NCBI GenBank assembly: GCA_034520965.1
Contig: JAXHMY010000003.1
Span: 649,233-713,232, forward strand
Direction of reading: 5' to 3'
Length of the DNA: 64,000 nt
Origin: Spirochaetia bacterium
Lineage (GTDB): Bacteria > Spirochaetota > Spirochaetia > DSM-16054 > Sediminispirochaetaceae
Numbering within the stretch: position 1 is the stretch's first letter; each line of letters begins with the position of its first letter. The translations under genes and the position numbers were made by a program. Shown piece by piece: positions 62,198-64,000 of this stretch. Under the pieces are notes generated by a model that worked only from the letters and a program-made list of their open reading frames with translations, did not search any database and was not told the origin of the DNA.

Positions 62198-62713
62198 TTA
62201 TGGGCTGCTCAAACCTGCCAAAAACTCCCGGTACTCCTGCAGAAAATACATTTGTCCGCTGGTCTCGATCGTCCCCGGCCGTGCCGCCCGCACCTGCCGA
62301 ACCGCACTCTCCACACTCTCGCCGTTGTAAATCAGCAAGGCTGCGGAAACCAAGCCGGTCCGTCCGATACCCGCCGAGCAGTGCACATACACATGTCCCG
62401 CCCGCACCGCCGCATCCAGATACCCGCCGATAAACTCATCAAAGGTGTCCATATCCGCGGGCGCGTGAAAATCCTCAATCGGATAACACAGCACCTCCAG
62501 CCCGTAGCCCCGGTACAAGTCCAGCAGATCGCGCCCGTAATGGCGCTGTATCTCCTCCATCGGCATCAGCACCGCCACCGTATGCACCCCCTCGCCCAGC
62601 AGGGCCGGTACATAGCGCCGCTCGAGCTCAGCCTGCAGCTCGTACTCCGGATAAAAAAACAGCGGCCGTGCGCCCATATACACTCTGTTTCCATGCAGTT
62701 CAATAAAATCCAC
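62198..62713 (-). CDS. Cys-based protein tyrosine / dual-specificity phosphatase
   Basis: YPIEDFHAP, VHCSAGIGRTG, RPGTIETSGQ. Confidence 0.9.
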   Translation of the reverse strand: MDFIELHGNRVYMGARPLFFYPEYELQAELERRYVPALLGEGVHTVAVLMPMEEIQRHYGRDLLDLYRGYGLEVLCYPIEDFHAPADMDTFDEFIGGYLDAAVRAGHVYVHCSAGIGRTGLVSAALLIYNGESVESAVRQVRAARPGTIETSGQMYFLQEYREFLAGLSSP

Positions 62714-62761
62714 CCGCGCCTCCTGTGTGTTTCACTGATGAGAGACGCATCAACCTCTCGC

Positions 62762-63113
62762 CTATATCTTCAAATGCTCATCAAGAAAACACTGAAACTC
62801 AAGCGTTCTGCCTTCAGGGTCTTTCCCCCAGAAATGGTAAATCTTGAATTTCGTATTCAGGTCAGGTTCTGTAGTTGCCACATCTTTTAGTTTCTCATAT
62901 TCCTCATCCACCCGCGATCGAGAGTTATAGAGGAACGTGATACACGGATCACCCGCCTTTTTTTCTCCCTGACAAACTCCCAGCAGAAAGCTTTCATGCC
63001 TCAGAATAATACACGGGCCCTGAGGATCCACGATTGCCATCCCCAATCCGTTCAATATAAAATTTTCTTACACCTTCAAGCTCATTGCTTGTGAAAAAGA
63101 TCAAACCGGACAT
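62762..63113 (-). CDS. VOC/glyoxalase family protein (frameshift near the 5' end)
   Basis: MSGLIFF...VRKFY from ATG 63113 with a strong RBS; IYHFWGKDPEGRTLEFQ. Confidence 0.8.
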
Positions 63114-63195
63114 ATCTCCTCCTCCGCTGTTTGTATTTTAGCATATCTTTCTCATCTCCCTGTTTATCATAGAATAAAACATTAAAAAATTAATA

Positions 63196-63388
63196 TTTTA
63201 TAAAAAATGCACATCCTGTAGACAGCCTCCACCCCCCGGGCGGCTCGCTCCGCTCCCCGCCCGCGGGCCACAGCCAGTAGCCGGCCCGAGGCCCCTTGGG
63301 TCGGCGAGTGAAACAATTTTTGCTCAATTTTGAAGCACCCCTCCCTGTCACTCTGTCTATATAGGTAAATCCGATGTATAATAGGAGC
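63196..63388 (+). repeat. Cassette leader, copy 5 (two GTAG units)
   Basis: ttttataaaaaatgcacatcctGTAGac...caGTAGCCGGCCCGAGG-cc-CCTTGGGTCGGC; ttttgaagca; ctgtctatataggt; TATAAT 63377; AGGAG. Confidence 0.85.
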
Positions 63389-63798
63389 ATGGACATGAAG
63401 GACCTGGCCAAAGAGTGCTTGGAAGAAGAATTCCCCCGAGGCAGTCGAAGGAAAAGAACCCCAAATCTCTGCACCGCTGCTTTGCCCTGCTCACCGGCAC
63501 CTACGTCGAGCAGGGAACTCACGAACGCCGCTACACCGAACTGAGCAGCAGCATAAAGGAAATGCTGGCCTCCATGAAGGAGGGCTTCCGCCGGGTAGAC
63601 GAGCGGTTTGCCGCTCAGGACAAACGATTCGAGGCCTTGCAAAAACAGATGGATCGAACGCTTTTCCGCCCAGGAACGTCGCTTCGATGATGTGAACCGG
63701 CGCTTTGACAAACGGCACACCCTTCATCAGCCTAGGGCTTCACCGCCCTAGCCCGAATCGTCGCCGCCGTCAGACCTGAAACGATTATCCTGAGCTGA
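63389..63798 (+). CDS. Bdr-like protein, copy 5 (multiple indels)
   Basis: atggacatgaaggacctggcc...KNPKSLHRCFALLTGTYVEQ...ERFAAQDKRFEALQKQ...acgattatcctgagctga. Confidence 0.8.
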
Positions 63799-64000
63799 GG
63801 ACGAAACAGATATTGGGCTTGTCTCTCCGGTGGACCAGGGAATTGCCGGTCTACACATAGCCGAGGCCGTCGTCTAAGGAGATATAATCGAATCAGTGTA
63901 AATCCAAAAGAGGGGTACACATGCGCACCCTCTTTACCTACCGCAACCAGCGTTCTGTCCCGGAGGGGTCATTTCTTTGCCCTTAAAAAACTGTACTCTG

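Noticed and set aside
998..63798. Many split genes (hemC, cNMP proteins, jetC, jetD, MFS, GH38, sulfatase, SBP, VOC, cassette copies 4 and 5) read as pseudogenes or programmed frameshifts
   Set aside because: The breaks are small indels spread across unrelated genes whose motifs are otherwise intact, often near homopolymers. Uncorrected long-read error is the simplest explanation; accurate reads are needed to decide.
49422..63798. Classical integron or diversity-generating retroelement
   Set aside because: No intI and no recognised attC-type RYYYAAC...GTTRRRY sites; no reverse transcriptase; differences between copies do not look adenine-specific.
63840..63880. Inverted GTAG element (gtctac...ccgaggccg) as a right end of the cassette
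   Set aside because: No equivalent sequence is seen after copies 1-4, so it is not a conserved end.
1..64000. tRNA, rRNA or known riboswitch genes
   Set aside because: None recognised by eye; tRNAscan-SE and Rfam scans would be needed to exclude them.

Overview
A 64 kb bacterial chromosomal window, most likely from a free-living spirochaete: several exported proteins carry 'FAGGQSE/FSAGQQE/FAGGAQE'-type leaders. Many otherwise intact genes are broken by single-base indels, which points to an unpolished long-read assembly rather than mass pseudogenisation. Left to right it contains: (1) sirC-hemA-hemC-cobA/hemD tetrapyrrole genes beside a Tat-signal C-GCAxxG-C-C/CxxCH cytochrome, System II ccsBA and tatCBA, plus flagellin and transposase relics; (2) an FMN-binding protein, a Cache-HAMP-GGDEF protein and a Dpp/Opp ABC operon with an amidohydrolase; (3) a cNMP-GGDEF(degenerate) / cNMP-GGDEF-DHH pair and an envelope cluster with two matching ECF-type promoters but no sigma gene; (4) vapBC and a Wadjet jetABCD operon; (5) an AT-rich GH38/sulfatase/sugar-ABC island. 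The most striking structure is at 49.4-63.8 kb. It holds five same-strand copies of a cassette made of a conserved GTAG-hairpin leader, a promoter and a Bdr-like head/variable coiled-coil/TM-anchor gene. Unrelated cargo genes, all on the opposite strand, lie between the copies. Relatives of the leader motif also occur without the gene at about 19.3, 28.6 and 36.1 kb; the last two bracket the vapBC-Wadjet block. All family assignments come from motif recognition by eye, not from database searches.
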